From the NCBI GenBank assembly GCA_963787835.1, contig CAWBEI010000002.1, forward strand, positions 640,001-704,000: 64,000 nucleotides of DNA, read 5' to 3'. Position 1 is the first letter of the stretch. Every line of letters begins with the position of its first letter. The notes beneath the pieces were generated by a model, which searched no databases, was not told the DNA's origin, and worked only from the letters and a program-made list of their open reading frames with translations. Positions 18,487 to 28,818 of this stretch are shown piece by piece. Both the position numbers and the translations under genes were made by a program. Source of the stretch: Ignavibacteriota bacterium. Lineage in GTDB: Bacteria > Bacteroidota > Ignavibacteria > Palsa-1295.

Positions 18487-20526
18487 TTGAATTTAATTCA
18501 ATTTGAACTTGAAAGTTTTGCATGTCATTCTGAGCGAAGCAAAACGGAGCGACAGCGGGGTTTTGCGAAGTCGAAGAATCTTTTGCACGCGCCGAGATCC
18601 TTCGACTCCGTTCGCCACTCCTTCGTCAGGGCGAACTCCGCTCAGGATGACATCAGTAAGATAATCGAATATAAATTGTCCTGCTACTGTAATCCTGGAT
18701 TTGGAATCTCGACCACAGCACACGGTGCTCTGCTGTTGTTCCTTGTGTTCAGCGCTATGAGTTGCACCACACCCGAAATGAAGCCGCTCATTTGCCCGCC
18801 GCCGCCTCAGCCGGTGTGCAATCCGGGAACGTTCGATAAAACATTACTGGATACGGTATATCATGGGGCCGGAATAGAGCAATTGCATATTACGATGCTT
18901 CCCTCCCCTGCAAACAGCCCAGAGGACGATTATGCGATGACGTTCATTCCGAATCCATCAGGCCCTCTTGCGCTCATCACCAGCGATAGGAATAATGCGG
19001 AGAACTACCATTCCGGCGGACGAACCCAGAGGCTTTTTTCTTCACGCGTTTATTCGACAACTCGTTTCGGCCCGATGTATCCTGTTCAGGGCGCAGATAA
19101 CATTCTGCCTGCGGGAACTGCATTTTACTCCAAAGCAGACGGTCTTCTCTATTTTTCCGCGAAAGCGCCGAACGAGGACCCCGACGATTACGATCTCTAC
19201 ACTGCATCTGTAACCATCAAGGGAGACGAAGTTACGATTTCCAACATACAGCCACTGAGCAAGCTCAATGCCGATGGACATTTCGATAGCCAGCCTGCGC
19301 TGGACGCAACCGGAACACATATCTATTTCGTCAGCGACCGGCCGGGCGGAGATGGAGGAACGGATATTTGGTATTCCGAACGCACCAGTGCAACCTCGAA
19401 TGACTGGATCGCGCCACAACCATTGCCGGAACCAGTAAACTCAGCCTGCGATGAGCTATCCCCCTTCATTCTTGCCTCCGATCCCAATACGCTCTACTTC
19501 GCGTCGAACGGTCACGAAACCGTCGGCGGATACGATCTTTTCAAGACGCATATTGCGAATGGCAGATATTCCGTGCCGGAGAATTTAGGCAAGCCGATCA
19601 ATACTCCATCCGATGAAGTGTTCCCATCGGCATTGAACGATACAGCGTTCTTCTGGTCCTCGAACGCGCCTGCAATGATGGGTGGAATGAATCTTTATAC
19701 GATCACGCGTACGCTTATCCCACTCCTTGCTGCGCATGGAGAGGTCTCTCCGCCAGGCCGCGTCGAGCCAAATCATTTGCGCGTTGATACCACACAGCCA
19801 GCACAGGAAGCTGTTGCACCGACATCTCCTACTCCGGCAACCCCTGTTACTCCGGCTTCAATGCCCCCGCTTCTTGGGCCAATCGAGATCATAACGCATG
19901 TCACTCGCGGCATGGATAACCGTCCGGCTATCGGTGCGGATATTTATGTACACCAAGATTCACTGGAACTCTATCGCGGGCTGATCCCCGAAACAGGAAT
20001 GATCGGTTTCAAAGTGAACCGCGAGGCAGAATATGATGTGGGCGCAGAAACGCCGGATGCGTTCTTCGATGTCAAGCATGTCGATCTGCGTGGCTTTAAA
20101 GATTCCATTATAAACGTCTATCTGCATTTGCCGGACACCCTTGTTATCCGCATTAATTTCCCCTTTGACGATTACCAGCACCCTTATGATTATACCATCG
20201 ACGATCACGGCGAACCTTCCTCGATGACGTGGCAACAGGCGCTTGACCTGACCGCGCATTCGGCAATTCGTTCGCTGTCGAAACTAAAAGAATTGCTGCT
20301 GATCGGCAATACCGATTCGCTGGGAACCGATGCGTACAATAACCGGCTCGGCCTCGAACGCGCAACGTTCGTTGCGAATGAATTGGAACGACGCGGGGTT
20401 CCGAAAGAAATAATTCGCGTGGCTTCCGAAGGCAGAACCGAGCCGGTAGCACGCCGTCCTGACGAATCCGATGAAATTTTCCGCCTGCGATCACGGAGGG
20501 TGGAATTTATTAAGGTGTTTCAGTAA
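18487..20526 (+). CDS. PD40 beta-propeller + OmpA C-terminal lipoprotein (start uncertain)
   Basis: Lipobox-like FSAMSC; PD40 motifs (YFVSDRPGGDGGTDIW, LYFASNGH); OmpA motifs (GNTDSLG, YNNRLGLERA, RRVEF). The N-terminal extension reads through a family A repeat. Confidence 0.8.
   Translation: MNLIQFELESFACHSERSKTERQRGFAKSKNLLHAPRSFDSVRHSFVRANSAQDDISKIIEYKLSCYCNPGFGISTTAHGALLLFLVFSAMSCTTPEMKPLICPPPPQPVCNPGTFDKTLLDTVYHGAGIEQLHITMLPSPANSPEDDYAMTFIPNPSGPLALITSDRNNAENYHSGGRTQRLFSSRVYSTTRFGPMYPVQGADNILPAGTAFYSKADGLLYFSAKAPNEDPDDYDLYTASVTIKGDEVTISNIQPLSKLNADGHFDSQPALDATGTHIYFVSDRPGGDGGTDIWYSERTSATSNDWIAPQPLPEPVNSACDELSPFILASDPNTLYFASNGHETVGGYDLFKTHIANGRYSVPENLGKPINTPSDEVFPSALNDTAFFWSSNAPAMMGGMNLYTITRTLIPLLAAHGEVSPPGRVEPNHLRVDTTQPAQEAVAPTSPTPATPVTPASMPPLLGPIEIITHVTRGMDNRPAIGADIYVHQDSLELYRGLIPETGMIGFKVNREAEYDVGAETPDAFFDVKHVDLRGFKDSIINVYLHLPDTLVIRINFPFDDYQHPYDYTIDDHGEPSSMTWQQALDLTAHSAIRSLSKLKELLLIGNTDSLGTDAYNNRLGLERATFVANELERRGVPKEIIRVASEGRTEPVARRPDESDEIFRLRSRRVEFIKVFQ
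18522..18653. repeat. Palindromic element, family A
   Basis: ATGTCATTCTGAGCG...CGCTCAGGATGACAT; 3' half nearly identical to that of 1653-1787. Confidence 0.9.
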
Positions 20527-20540
20527 AAACACAAATTGCG

Positions 20541-21716
20541 TCATCCCGCCTTCACCTGAAAGAGCAGTCCCAATCCATACGTCACAACGGCAACGATAAT
20601 CCCCACGACCATCATTTCCATCCCGGATCTCCACCATGAGCGTACGGTGACAATGCTCTTGGCAGCGCCGACCAAGAAATGAGCGAGCAAGGAAACGGCG
20701 AAGCTGGTGATGACTGCTGTCATCCCACCTAAGAAAAAAAATGGGATGAGTGGAATGAACGCGCCGATGAGCGTCGAGAGTCCACCAGAAGCGAGCGAGC
20801 GCCACGGAGTTGGGAATGATATTTCGGAAAGCCCCAATTCCTCCGCACCCATCACTTTCAGGAATTCCTCCGGTTGCTTCGATATTTTGTGCGCGAGTTC
20901 GTTCGCTTCTGCTTCGCTGAATCCGCGAAGCTGGTACATGAGCGAAAGTTCTTCCAGTTCTTCTTCAGGATTTTCTTCGATCTCCTGCCGCTCGCGGTGC
21001 ATCTCGCCTTCATAGACTTCCCGCTGCGACTTCGCCGCAAGATACGCGCTCGATCCCATCGAAACAGAGCTTGCGATCATGCCCGCAAAACCAGAAAGCA
21101 ATACGAACTGTGTCGATGCGCCACCTGCCACATTCGTTGCGCCAGCAACGCCACTTACGATACCGAAAACCGCTCCTAACCCATCGTTCACACCATAGAT
21201 GGCATCCGCGAGCCAGGAGCCGCTACGCACATGCCACCGCTCGCGGCGAAGCAGCGTATCAAGTTTCGAGCGAGTATCGTGCTGAGGAAGGTGTGAATCT
21301 TCCGAGTACATTGAACGAAGAACCTTCCCGTGCACTTCTTCTTCTTTTTTTACTTCTTCGATCTCGCGGATAAGTTCTTCGTCGGTCACTTGGGCCATCA
21401 TTTTGGCGTAGCCACGCTCGGCGGCATCTTCATCCGCTTCCATGCGGCGAAGCACGCTTTCGGTATCCAGCGATTTTATGAGCATACGTTTGTACTGGAG
21501 TGAAATGCGGGAAGGCTCATCCACACTCGCTCCCATTTCTTCCAGTCGTTTTTTCCAGCGCGCCGCGTGCTTCTCTTCCTGCGCAACGAGTTTGTAGATC
21601 ACCGCTTTCCGCTTTTCATCGCGCTCGCGCTCGGCAAGCGCGCGGTATTGCTCGGCGGCCTCGCGCTCCGCACGGTAATTCTCTCGAAGGACTTTGATGG
21701 TGTAGGACTGGCTCAT
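20541..21716 (-). CDS. Rubrerythrin/ferritin-like N-domain + VIT1/CCC1 iron transporter (MbfA-like)
   Basis: ExxH motifs (QEEKH, EEEVH), then DAIYGVNDGL, SMGSSAYLA and GAFIPLIPF. Confidence 0.88.
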   Translation of the reverse strand: MSQSYTIKVLRENYRAEREAAEQYRALAERERDEKRKAVIYKLVAQEEKHAARWKKRLEEMGASVDEPSRISLQYKRMLIKSLDTESVLRRMEADEDAAERGYAKMMAQVTDEELIREIEEVKKEEEVHGKVLRSMYSEDSHLPQHDTRSKLDTLLRRERWHVRSGSWLADAIYGVNDGLGAVFGIVSGVAGATNVAGGASTQFVLLSGFAGMIASSVSMGSSAYLAAKSQREVYEGEMHRERQEIEENPEEELEELSLMYQLRGFSEAEANELAHKISKQPEEFLKVMGAEELGLSEISFPTPWRSLASGGLSTLIGAFIPLIPFFFLGGMTAVITSFAVSLLAHFLVGAAKSIVTVRSWWRSGMEMMVVGIIVAVVTYGLGLLFQVKAG

Positions 21717-21796
21717 CTTAACGTAGCATTAATGATTCTTTGTTTGGATTTCAGAATTCTTACCAATATTCCCATAATTATCATGAACAATACAAA

Positions 21797-22258
21797 TCAT
21801 TCAAGTTCTTTTCTCAATAAATCTGCGATCATAGCAGGGAAAAAACTCTCGGAAGAAGAATTTATTTCTGAAATAGGCCACCATTTTACTTCAGCAATCG
21901 CTTCGTCTAACATAACGTTGTTATGCTTTGGCGAGGACCTTCCACCGGTTCTTGCAAAAAAAATTTGGGTTTCTATCAATACGGGTTTGCCATCATATAT
22001 TGATTCAAAGTCGCGAGTTAAAAGGCGTTGTTCAACACAGGCTATTTCTATACCTGTTTCTTCCATTAATTCTCTTCTGGCACCTTCTTCGAATGACTCA
22101 TTAGGTTCTAAACCTCCTCCAGGTGGGAGCCAGTAATTTTTTGCATGGATGTCATCGGGATTCGGGGCCGCCATATCCACAGTATGGCGAACAAGAAGTA
22201 CTTCATCCTTGTCATTTAGGAGCAGCACTCGCGCAACTTTTCTTTTCTTGAGTTCCAT
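21797..22258 (-). CDS. NUDIX hydrolase
   Basis: Nudix box GGGLEPNESFEEGARRELMEETG; AT-rich relative to neighbours. Confidence 0.9.
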   Translation of the reverse strand: MELKKRKVARVLLLNDKDEVLLVRHTVDMAAPNPDDIHAKNYWLPPGGGLEPNESFEEGARRELMEETGIEIACVEQRLLTRDFESIYDGKPVLIETQIFFARTGGRSSPKHNNVMLDEAIAEVKWWPISEINSSSESFFPAMIADLLRKELE

Positions 22259-22269
22259 TTAAAATGTCG

Positions 22270-25008
22270 TTAGCGAATAATTTCGAAATGCTTGGTTTGA
22301 ATGGTGTTGCCGTTTTTCAGAATGCAGGAATATGTTCCAATTGGCCATTGGGACACATCGACTGTGGAATTATTTGTAACGGTTTGCGTAAGAATCGTCC
22401 GGCCCAGCGCGTCGATCATTGCTATTGAATAGGTTCCCAGCGTCCCGGTGATCAGCGATACGGAATTCACCGCAGGATCCGGATAAAGCGAATAACGCAT
22501 TGGAAGATCATCCCCGGCTGAAACTTTTTCAGGCTCTGCCCACGCCCCTTCATAAAAAGGTGTTGTTCTCACGAGATGTTCCGTGTTGACAGCATGGATG
22601 CAATACATCCAGGGTCCGCGCGGGACAACGGAACCGGTATAATGGTTGGAAGAAACCCGTTGGAATGGGACGGTTATGGTATCGCGCGGAATTTTTACTT
22701 CTGAATCAGGATAGTAAATGACAGTGGCTGTTACTGCAGTGATGGAATCCGATGGAAGATAAGGGTCACTAAATACGTCTGCACCGAGGTTCATTGGATA
22801 TCCGAATGTATCGATAACCCTTACAGGAATATGCACTATCATTGGCCCTGCACTCCAGACATAATCGGCGAAGGGAGTAAGGAACGAATAGTCGTTTGCC
22901 CAGGTGGTGTACATCATGCCGCGCATGTTGGGGATGGTATCCATGGCAAGACGCCAGTCGCGCATGTTTATGGTGTTTGGCACATCGTAATAGGGGCTTG
23001 TGATCTGCGAAAAACCGAGCTTCGAAAAGAAGTTCAGGCTTTGCGACATATTCCCGCCATTCCAATTCACAATGGTAAAATCCTTCGGAATTAAATTCCA
23101 ATCGCCGGAGAGATCGCCATTTACGAGATAGTAATTATTGTGTGCATTGTGAAGGGAATCGAACATATCGCTCCAATCGAATCGCTCGGCGCCGGGATGC
23201 ACTTCCTGAATGATGGAATCCGCCTTCTTCACATTATCGGCAAGCTCGACCGCTGGAGAAACATGTCGCGAAGTACAAGCCGTATCCCAGTTCATCTCGC
23301 GGATCTCGTCGTGGCTCATGAAATATTTATTGGAATGATATTGCGCATCCACCAGCGAAAGCTGATTCTGAATAATAGAGTATAGCGTGTCTTCAGACAC
23401 ACAGACCATCGTAGAACCATCGCCTGTTCCATCATTTTCAACGGGATTTGGCCGAATAAAATGAACTTGCACGGTATCGCCATTCTTGATGGCGCTTCCG
23501 GGCAAGACCGTGAATCTCGGCGACGTATGCCAGGGATAGGAACCTTCATTCTGTTCCATCACGCTGTCAATGATAGGCGCATAATCTTTACCTTCCACAC
23601 AATTACTAGATTTCCCCGCCTCGCTCACAGCAGGAATTTCAGCACGCGGACGAAGTACATTTGTCATCCCCGCATCTTCGACCACAAAATCATCGAACCA
23701 GATCGTCCCAGCAGAACCGCCCCACACGCCGCAATAGACATACAATGAATCGTAGGTTAAGGTGTTAAAAACTACATTATACTGATTCCATCCATTCGAA
23801 GTTGAGGGAACCGGAAACGCGGTGTACGTCAGTGATGTGCTTTGGGCACCGTTATACCCGATGGCAAGCAATTGCACTTCCTCGCCCTGAAAATTCTGCG
23901 TGTTGATCCAGACCGACATGTGGTAGCCATGAAAAGGCTTACAGTTTAGCGATCGAATGAAACGAGCATCGCCAGCCGGATTTCCAGCGGTGAAGTTGGT
24001 GCAACGCGCACTATATTTGCCCGAGTGAACGGTCGTCGAATCGACGAACATGCTTTGATTGGGTCCGTCATAATAGCTCCAGCCAGTAAATTGTCCATTA
24101 GAGATGTTCTCGAACCCTCCGTTGGGAAGTATCATGTTAGGATCAGTGAGAACAATGCCGGTATCGGATTGAATGAGGTAGGAGGTCGTTGTTGGGATGC
24201 CTTCTGCAATATCGGGATCGTGGAACAAAATTCCTTCCGACCATCCGAATGGAAACACACCGGGAATGATCTCCACATTCGATTTTGCGGAATACGCTTG
24301 CAGCGAATCGACATTATAAAAATATTGCGGATACGAACCCTCGAACACACTATAGATATTATTCTTAAAATCGTTCTGCTGAAGCCCGTTCAGCTTATGC
24401 GCAGCCATGGTATCCTCTATGGTTTCGAGTGCGGCTACCTGGCTTTGCTCGATAAGATTATGCCCGGAGAACACCCATCGGATCGGGTAATCAGGCCAAT
24501 CGTTGATGTGAACCATCGGAAGCGCTGAATTTTGTAACAATTGGGCAAAAGTCGAAATGCTGTTAAATGTACCATTCGGATCAGTACCAGTAAGCAAAAT
24601 CCCATGTTGAGAAACATCCATAACGTAACCTTCTGCGGGTGGCATCGTTTCACCGGAAGCAAGTGATGCGGCGAGTGCGGAATCGAGCGCGGGATAACTT
24701 CCGGCTTCACCTAAATAAATAGCACCCGCAACTCCTTCCATAAAATTTCCACGAAACGGCGCCAGCGTGTATCCAAGCGTTTGTTGAAGCATCCGTTCGA
24801 GATAATCCAGCGCTTGTGCCGAGGACGTATCGGAAATGAGGATGGGCGTTGCAGGAGTTATGACGAATGTTCCTGCCGAACGGAAATAGGAGACTTTAGG
24901 CCGAGGGTGCAAGTTCGCAAGGATGCTGGATTGCTGGGCAATGCACATTCCGCTGAACACGAAGGTGAAGCACGCCGTTATAAGAAAAAATGCGATCCTG
25001 TGTTTCAT
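22270..25008 (-). CDS. GH20-like glycoside hydrolase with inserted carbohydrate-binding module and T9SS sorting domain
   Basis: EGYVMDV and INDWPDYPIR (GH20 N-domain), PNGGFE..IWFDD (CBM4/9-like), SHDEI acid pair and C-terminal LYPDPA..DALGR..GTY. Confidence 0.75.
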   Translation of the reverse strand: MKHRIAFFLITACFTFVFSGMCIAQQSSILANLHPRPKVSYFRSAGTFVITPATPILISDTSSAQALDYLERMLQQTLGYTLAPFRGNFMEGVAGAIYLGEAGSYPALDSALAASLASGETMPPAEGYVMDVSQHGILLTGTDPNGTFNSISTFAQLLQNSALPMVHINDWPDYPIRWVFSGHNLIEQSQVAALETIEDTMAAHKLNGLQQNDFKNNIYSVFEGSYPQYFYNVDSLQAYSAKSNVEIIPGVFPFGWSEGILFHDPDIAEGIPTTTSYLIQSDTGIVLTDPNMILPNGGFENISNGQFTGWSYYDGPNQSMFVDSTTVHSGKYSARCTNFTAGNPAGDARFIRSLNCKPFHGYHMSVWINTQNFQGEEVQLLAIGYNGAQSTSLTYTAFPVPSTSNGWNQYNVVFNTLTYDSLYVYCGVWGGSAGTIWFDDFVVEDAGMTNVLRPRAEIPAVSEAGKSSNCVEGKDYAPIIDSVMEQNEGSYPWHTSPRFTVLPGSAIKNGDTVQVHFIRPNPVENDGTGDGSTMVCVSEDTLYSIIQNQLSLVDAQYHSNKYFMSHDEIREMNWDTACTSRHVSPAVELADNVKKADSIIQEVHPGAERFDWSDMFDSLHNAHNNYYLVNGDLSGDWNLIPKDFTIVNWNGGNMSQSLNFFSKLGFSQITSPYYDVPNTINMRDWRLAMDTIPNMRGMMYTTWANDYSFLTPFADYVWSAGPMIVHIPVRVIDTFGYPMNLGADVFSDPYLPSDSITAVTATVIYYPDSEVKIPRDTITVPFQRVSSNHYTGSVVPRGPWMYCIHAVNTEHLVRTTPFYEGAWAEPEKVSAGDDLPMRYSLYPDPAVNSVSLITGTLGTYSIAMIDALGRTILTQTVTNNSTVDVSQWPIGTYSCILKNGNTIQTKHFEIIR

Positions 25009-25097
25009 AATAGCGTGAACAAAGTATAAGTGGTAGAACTCACACAAAAATAAATGGTTTTCAGGGACGTTCGCACTGATTTCGCCATACTTTCTAC

Positions 25098-26867
25098 TTG
25101 AAACTCAGTCATTTTCTTTGGTTTTTCCTGTTTTTCTCTGCGTGGAGCATTAATGCTCATTCGCAGACGAGTGCCGTGTTGCCCGCAAATAGCGCTCTGG
25201 TCGCCATTCCGGCCAAACTCCCCGATCAGGATTCCGCTGACGACCGGCCCTGCTTCACGCTCGACGGCCGCACCATGTATTTTGGCTCTCGCCGGTTTTC
25301 GAAGGATTCCTGGCGAGTAACCGACCCTAACCCGCGTTGGAAATGGGATAGCGATCTGTGGGATCGGGTTCTGACCGATAGCGGCTGGTCATCCCCGATC
25401 AACCTCGGCCCACCCATCAACAACTCCGCAGGCCAGCTTAATCCAACGATCTCCCCACGTGGAGATGAGCTTTACTATGTGAACGGCGGCGGGCCTACCT
25501 TGTGGAAAGCACATCTCGTCGATGGAAAATTTCAACAGCCGCAGCCAGTTCCCGGACTGCTGAACAACATCTATACGAACCGGCAATTCGCGATGAATCA
25601 TTTCCACGACTCCATCTGGATGCTGGTGAATAAAGAAATGGCGCCGGATTCCGATCTTCGGCTTCGCGCACCCGACGCATGGGATCTGCATTTTCGCGAG
25701 CATCTCGTCCAGCATCTAAAAACGCAAATGGCTGCGGATTTTTATTCCTTGATGATCCGCTGTGAATCTTCCATCTCTCCCGATGGAAAATCAGCCATAT
25801 TTAGTGAAGACTTCGGCAAAAAGGGAGCATACGGAATTGCCGGCGAAGGCGGTGAGGATCTTTGGCTCGTCACGATCAGTCCCAACGGTTCGTGGGATAC
25901 GGTCAAATATTTAAATGGGAAGGTTAATTCTGAATTTGACGAAACGTATCCCTTCATCGCGGCGGACGGTGTAACGCTATACTTTACTTCCACTCGGCCC
26001 TGCCCAACCTGCCCCCGTGGCACGAGCGGCGGTCAGGATCTTTACCGCACCCAATTCAACGGCGAGCATTGGACCGATCCGGTTCCGCTCGGAGCGCCAT
26101 TTAATTCTGCTGCCGATGACTACGGCTTCTCGATCGGGCCGGATGGCAAAACTGCGTATTTTGTCAGCAACCGCGATGGGAAATCAAGGCTCTATCAGGT
26201 TGATCTCGGCCCGCAGGATTCCGCGATCGCTCCCAAGCCCGTCGTGATCTTACAAGGCGAAGTAACGGACGCCAAAACGCACAAGCCGCTTTCGGCGGAG
26301 ATCTTTGTCGATGATCTTACCGCAAAAGAAAATGAGTTCAGCGTCTATAGCGATAGCGTGTCCGGTAACTATGTGCTGGCCGCGCAGCGCGGACATCATT
26401 TCGGCATTCAAGCGATCGCTGCCGGCCATTTGCCGCGCTCCGAGCGGTTTGAAGTTCCCGCCGATCAGCCCTTCGATCGCACCAAGCTTGCACTGGAGCT
26501 CGAACCGATCGAGCTGGGCGCCACCATGGAATTCAAGAACGTCTATTTCGATTTTGGCAAGGCCGATCTGTTAGATGAAAGCAAACTTGAACTCAATCGC
26601 GTGGTCGTCTTTCTATCGAGATCAACGAACACCACCCTTGAGATCGGTGGGCATACCGATGATGTTGGCACGATCGCTGCGAACCAAAAGCTTTCCGAGG
26701 ATCGCGCGAATGCCGTGCGAGACTATCTCGTCCAGCACGGTGTAGCGGCAACAAGGCTGAAAGCCGTTGGCTATGGCAAATCGAAACCGCTCGTAAAAGG
26801 CAATACAGAAGCGGCCCGCGCTCAAAACCGGCGAGTTGAGATGACGATCACCAGCGAATCGGATTAA
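25098..26867 (+). CDS. PD40 + OmpA domain protein (PorE-like)
   Basis: PINLGPPIN, LYFTSTR and YFVSNR; GGHTDDVG, NQKLSEDRA and NRRVE. Confidence 0.85.
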   Translation: MKLSHFLWFFLFFSAWSINAHSQTSAVLPANSALVAIPAKLPDQDSADDRPCFTLDGRTMYFGSRRFSKDSWRVTDPNPRWKWDSDLWDRVLTDSGWSSPINLGPPINNSAGQLNPTISPRGDELYYVNGGGPTLWKAHLVDGKFQQPQPVPGLLNNIYTNRQFAMNHFHDSIWMLVNKEMAPDSDLRLRAPDAWDLHFREHLVQHLKTQMAADFYSLMIRCESSISPDGKSAIFSEDFGKKGAYGIAGEGGEDLWLVTISPNGSWDTVKYLNGKVNSEFDETYPFIAADGVTLYFTSTRPCPTCPRGTSGGQDLYRTQFNGEHWTDPVPLGAPFNSAADDYGFSIGPDGKTAYFVSNRDGKSRLYQVDLGPQDSAIAPKPVVILQGEVTDAKTHKPLSAEIFVDDLTAKENEFSVYSDSVSGNYVLAAQRGHHFGIQAIAAGHLPRSERFEVPADQPFDRTKLALELEPIELGATMEFKNVYFDFGKADLLDESKLELNRVVVFLSRSTNTTLEIGGHTDDVGTIAANQKLSEDRANAVRDYLVQHGVAATRLKAVGYGKSKPLVKGNTEAARAQNRRVEMTITSESD

Positions 26868-26868
26868 G

Positions 26869-26976
26869 TCAGAACCTGGATTACACGGATTGGATGGATT
26901 ACGCGGATGGGTAATTTTTGTCATCCTGAGCGAAGTTCATTCGACCGAAGGGAGAATGAACGTAGTCGAAGGGTCT
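26869..26976. repeat. Adjacent half-elements of family B (26869-26908) and family A (26919-26976)
   Basis: TCAGAACCTGGATTACACGGATTGGATGGATTACGCGGAT followed by TGTCATCCTGAGCGAAG...GTCGAAGGGTCT. Confidence 0.8.
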
Positions 26977-26995
26977 CTGGCTCGACAAGGAATTA

Positions 26996-27814
26996 TTGAT
27001 GTTACAAAATAGAATTATCCGCGGAATAACGCTCGCTTTTGAGAGAGCTGATAATGGAAGCATGACCGATCATGTGGGCGAATTGATCGTCTTCATTCAT
27101 GGCGTCGGCGCAGACCTAACAAGTTGGGAACCACAAGTCAAATTCTTTAGCGAACAGGGCTATTCTGTAGCCGCGATCGATATGCGTGGAAGCGGTCGTT
27201 CTCAATCTCGTGACGAGAACGGACTCGCTCTTCCTATCACTATTGCCGACTTCGCTGCTGATGTGAATGAACTTATTCTTGCACTTGGTTTCGAACGCGC
27301 GCATTGGGTCGGCAACTCGATGGGCGGAGTTATTATCATGGAAGCATTCCGCCAAACACTCCCGACCATAGCAAAAGCCGTTCTTTGCAACACCTTCGCA
27401 AAGCATCCTGACTCCACACTTATACTTCCACGGCCAGCGAACGCACTTAAAACCAAATCGCTGGCAGAATTTGCGGCTGAAAGAATTCCATTTGCTCATA
27501 AGCCCAATATTGCACCGGAAATTTTAGAAGCAAGCATCCGCGCTATGGTTGGAAAAGATGTCGAGACATACCTTCTTTCCTGGCGTGAAACCTGGAGCCA
27601 GGATTATCGAGGAATATTACCGGAAGTACGCATTCCTTCGCTTATCATTACTGGCTCTCTGGATAAAATTACACCATCCGCACTCGGTCTTGAGATCGCT
27701 GGATTAATTCCTCATGCTGAGTATTACGAAATTCAGAACGCCAGCCATCTCTCGAATCTCGATCAACCAGAGGAGTTTAACAGAGTGGTGCTGGATTTTT
27801 TGAGAAAGCCATGA
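26996..27814 (+). CDS. Alpha/beta hydrolase
   Basis: FIHGVG, DMRGSGRS, GNSMGG nucleophile elbow, GSLD and SHLSNLDQPEEFN. Confidence 0.9.
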   Translation: MMLQNRIIRGITLAFERADNGSMTDHVGELIVFIHGVGADLTSWEPQVKFFSEQGYSVAAIDMRGSGRSQSRDENGLALPITIADFAADVNELILALGFERAHWVGNSMGGVIIMEAFRQTLPTIAKAVLCNTFAKHPDSTLILPRPANALKTKSLAEFAAERIPFAHKPNIAPEILEASIRAMVGKDVETYLLSWRETWSQDYRGILPEVRIPSLIITGSLDKITPSALGLEIAGLIPHAEYYEIQNASHLSNLDQPEEFNRVVLDFLRKP

Positions 27815-28152
27815 AGCTGAACGATCTTTCCAATCTATCCGCGCTTCTTTCCAAAGAAGAAGCGGATTCACTAGCAAAGGATGCAGCAGCAAAGCAAGCC
27901 AAACGCAAGCTCGGCGAGGGACAGGAAGTGCGCGTATTCCTCGACAAAAAAGCGCGGCGCGGAAAAGCGGTGACGGTCATCGAAGGGCTTCATCTCTCTA
28001 CGGAAATGCGAGACCAGCTTGCCAAAACGCTCCGACAAAAATTCAGTGTCGGCGGCACTGTTGAGAAAGATACGATTGAATTGCAAGGCGATCATGTTCA
28101 GAGAGTTGCGGCTTATTTGCGGGAGAATGCTTTTTCTGTAAAGACCACATAG
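27811..28152 (+). CDS. SUI1/YciH-family translation initiation factor
   Basis: KARRGKAVTVIEG, GGTVEK and IELQGDH. Confidence 0.88.
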   Translation: MKLNDLSNLSALLSKEEADSLAKDAAAKQAKRKLGEGQEVRVFLDKKARRGKAVTVIEGLHLSTEMRDQLAKTLRQKFSVGGTVEKDTIELQGDHVQRVAAYLRENAFSVKTT

Positions 28153-28818
28153 ATGCAACTTCTTGAACTTGGCCTCACACCCTACCAGCAAGCCTGGGAA
28201 CTCCAGCGAGAGATCTTTCGCGGTGTCATTGCCGGTGAGCAGGACGATACGCTGATCCTCGTCGAGCATCCGCATGTTTATACTTTTGGTCGTGGCGCGG
28301 ATATGGAAAATTTCCTGCTCTCAGATGCAAAACTTCGCGAGATCGGCGCAGAAAAATTCGAGATCGAACGTGGCGGCGATGTAACCTATCACGGGCCCGG
28401 ACAGCTTGTTGGCTACCCTATTCTCAATCTCGCACATTTCAAGGAAGATCTGGGGTGGTATCTTCGGGCTCTTGAAGATACCATCATTCAAGTGCTTGCC
28501 ACTTATGAAATTGATGGATTTCGAATCGCTGGACGAACAGGCGTCTGGACTGGCGATCCGGGACATGAAGAAAAGATCTGCGCCATTGGCGTTCATGCTT
28601 CCAGATGGTGTACCATGCACGGATTTGCTTTCAATGTCAATACCGATCTCTCCTATTTCGAGCATATCGTTCCCTGCGGCATCTCCGATCGAGGAGTGAC
28701 AAGCCTCGGGAAAATACTTGGGAGAGAAATTCCAATGGATGAAGTTATCTCCCGATGTGTTCATGCATTCGAAACCGTGTTTCAAATTCACATCGAAGAA
28801 ATTATTATTCAAAAATGA
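28153..28818 (+). CDS. lipB: Lipoyl(octanoyl) transferase
   Basis: EHPHVYTFG, RGGDVTYHGPGQLVGYPI, KICAIG, HGFAFNV and PCGI. Confidence 0.95.
   Translation: MQLLELGLTPYQQAWELQREIFRGVIAGEQDDTLILVEHPHVYTFGRGADMENFLLSDAKLREIGAEKFEIERGGDVTYHGPGQLVGYPILNLAHFKEDLGWYLRALEDTIIQVLATYEIDGFRIAGRTGVWTGDPGHEEKICAIGVHASRWCTMHGFAFNVNTDLSYFEHIVPCGISDRGVTSLGKILGREIPMDEVISRCVHAFETVFQIHIEEIIIQK

Noticed and set aside
19790-19875. Pro/Thr/Ala-rich stretch in the PD40-OmpA gene as a repeat insertion
   Set aside because: Ordinary inter-domain linker with no palindrome or match to the repeat families.
21720-22275. Integron cassette carrying the AT-rich NUDIX gene
   Set aside because: No attC with paired R and L boxes and no integrase; the GTTAGCG here is just the neighbouring gene's stop.
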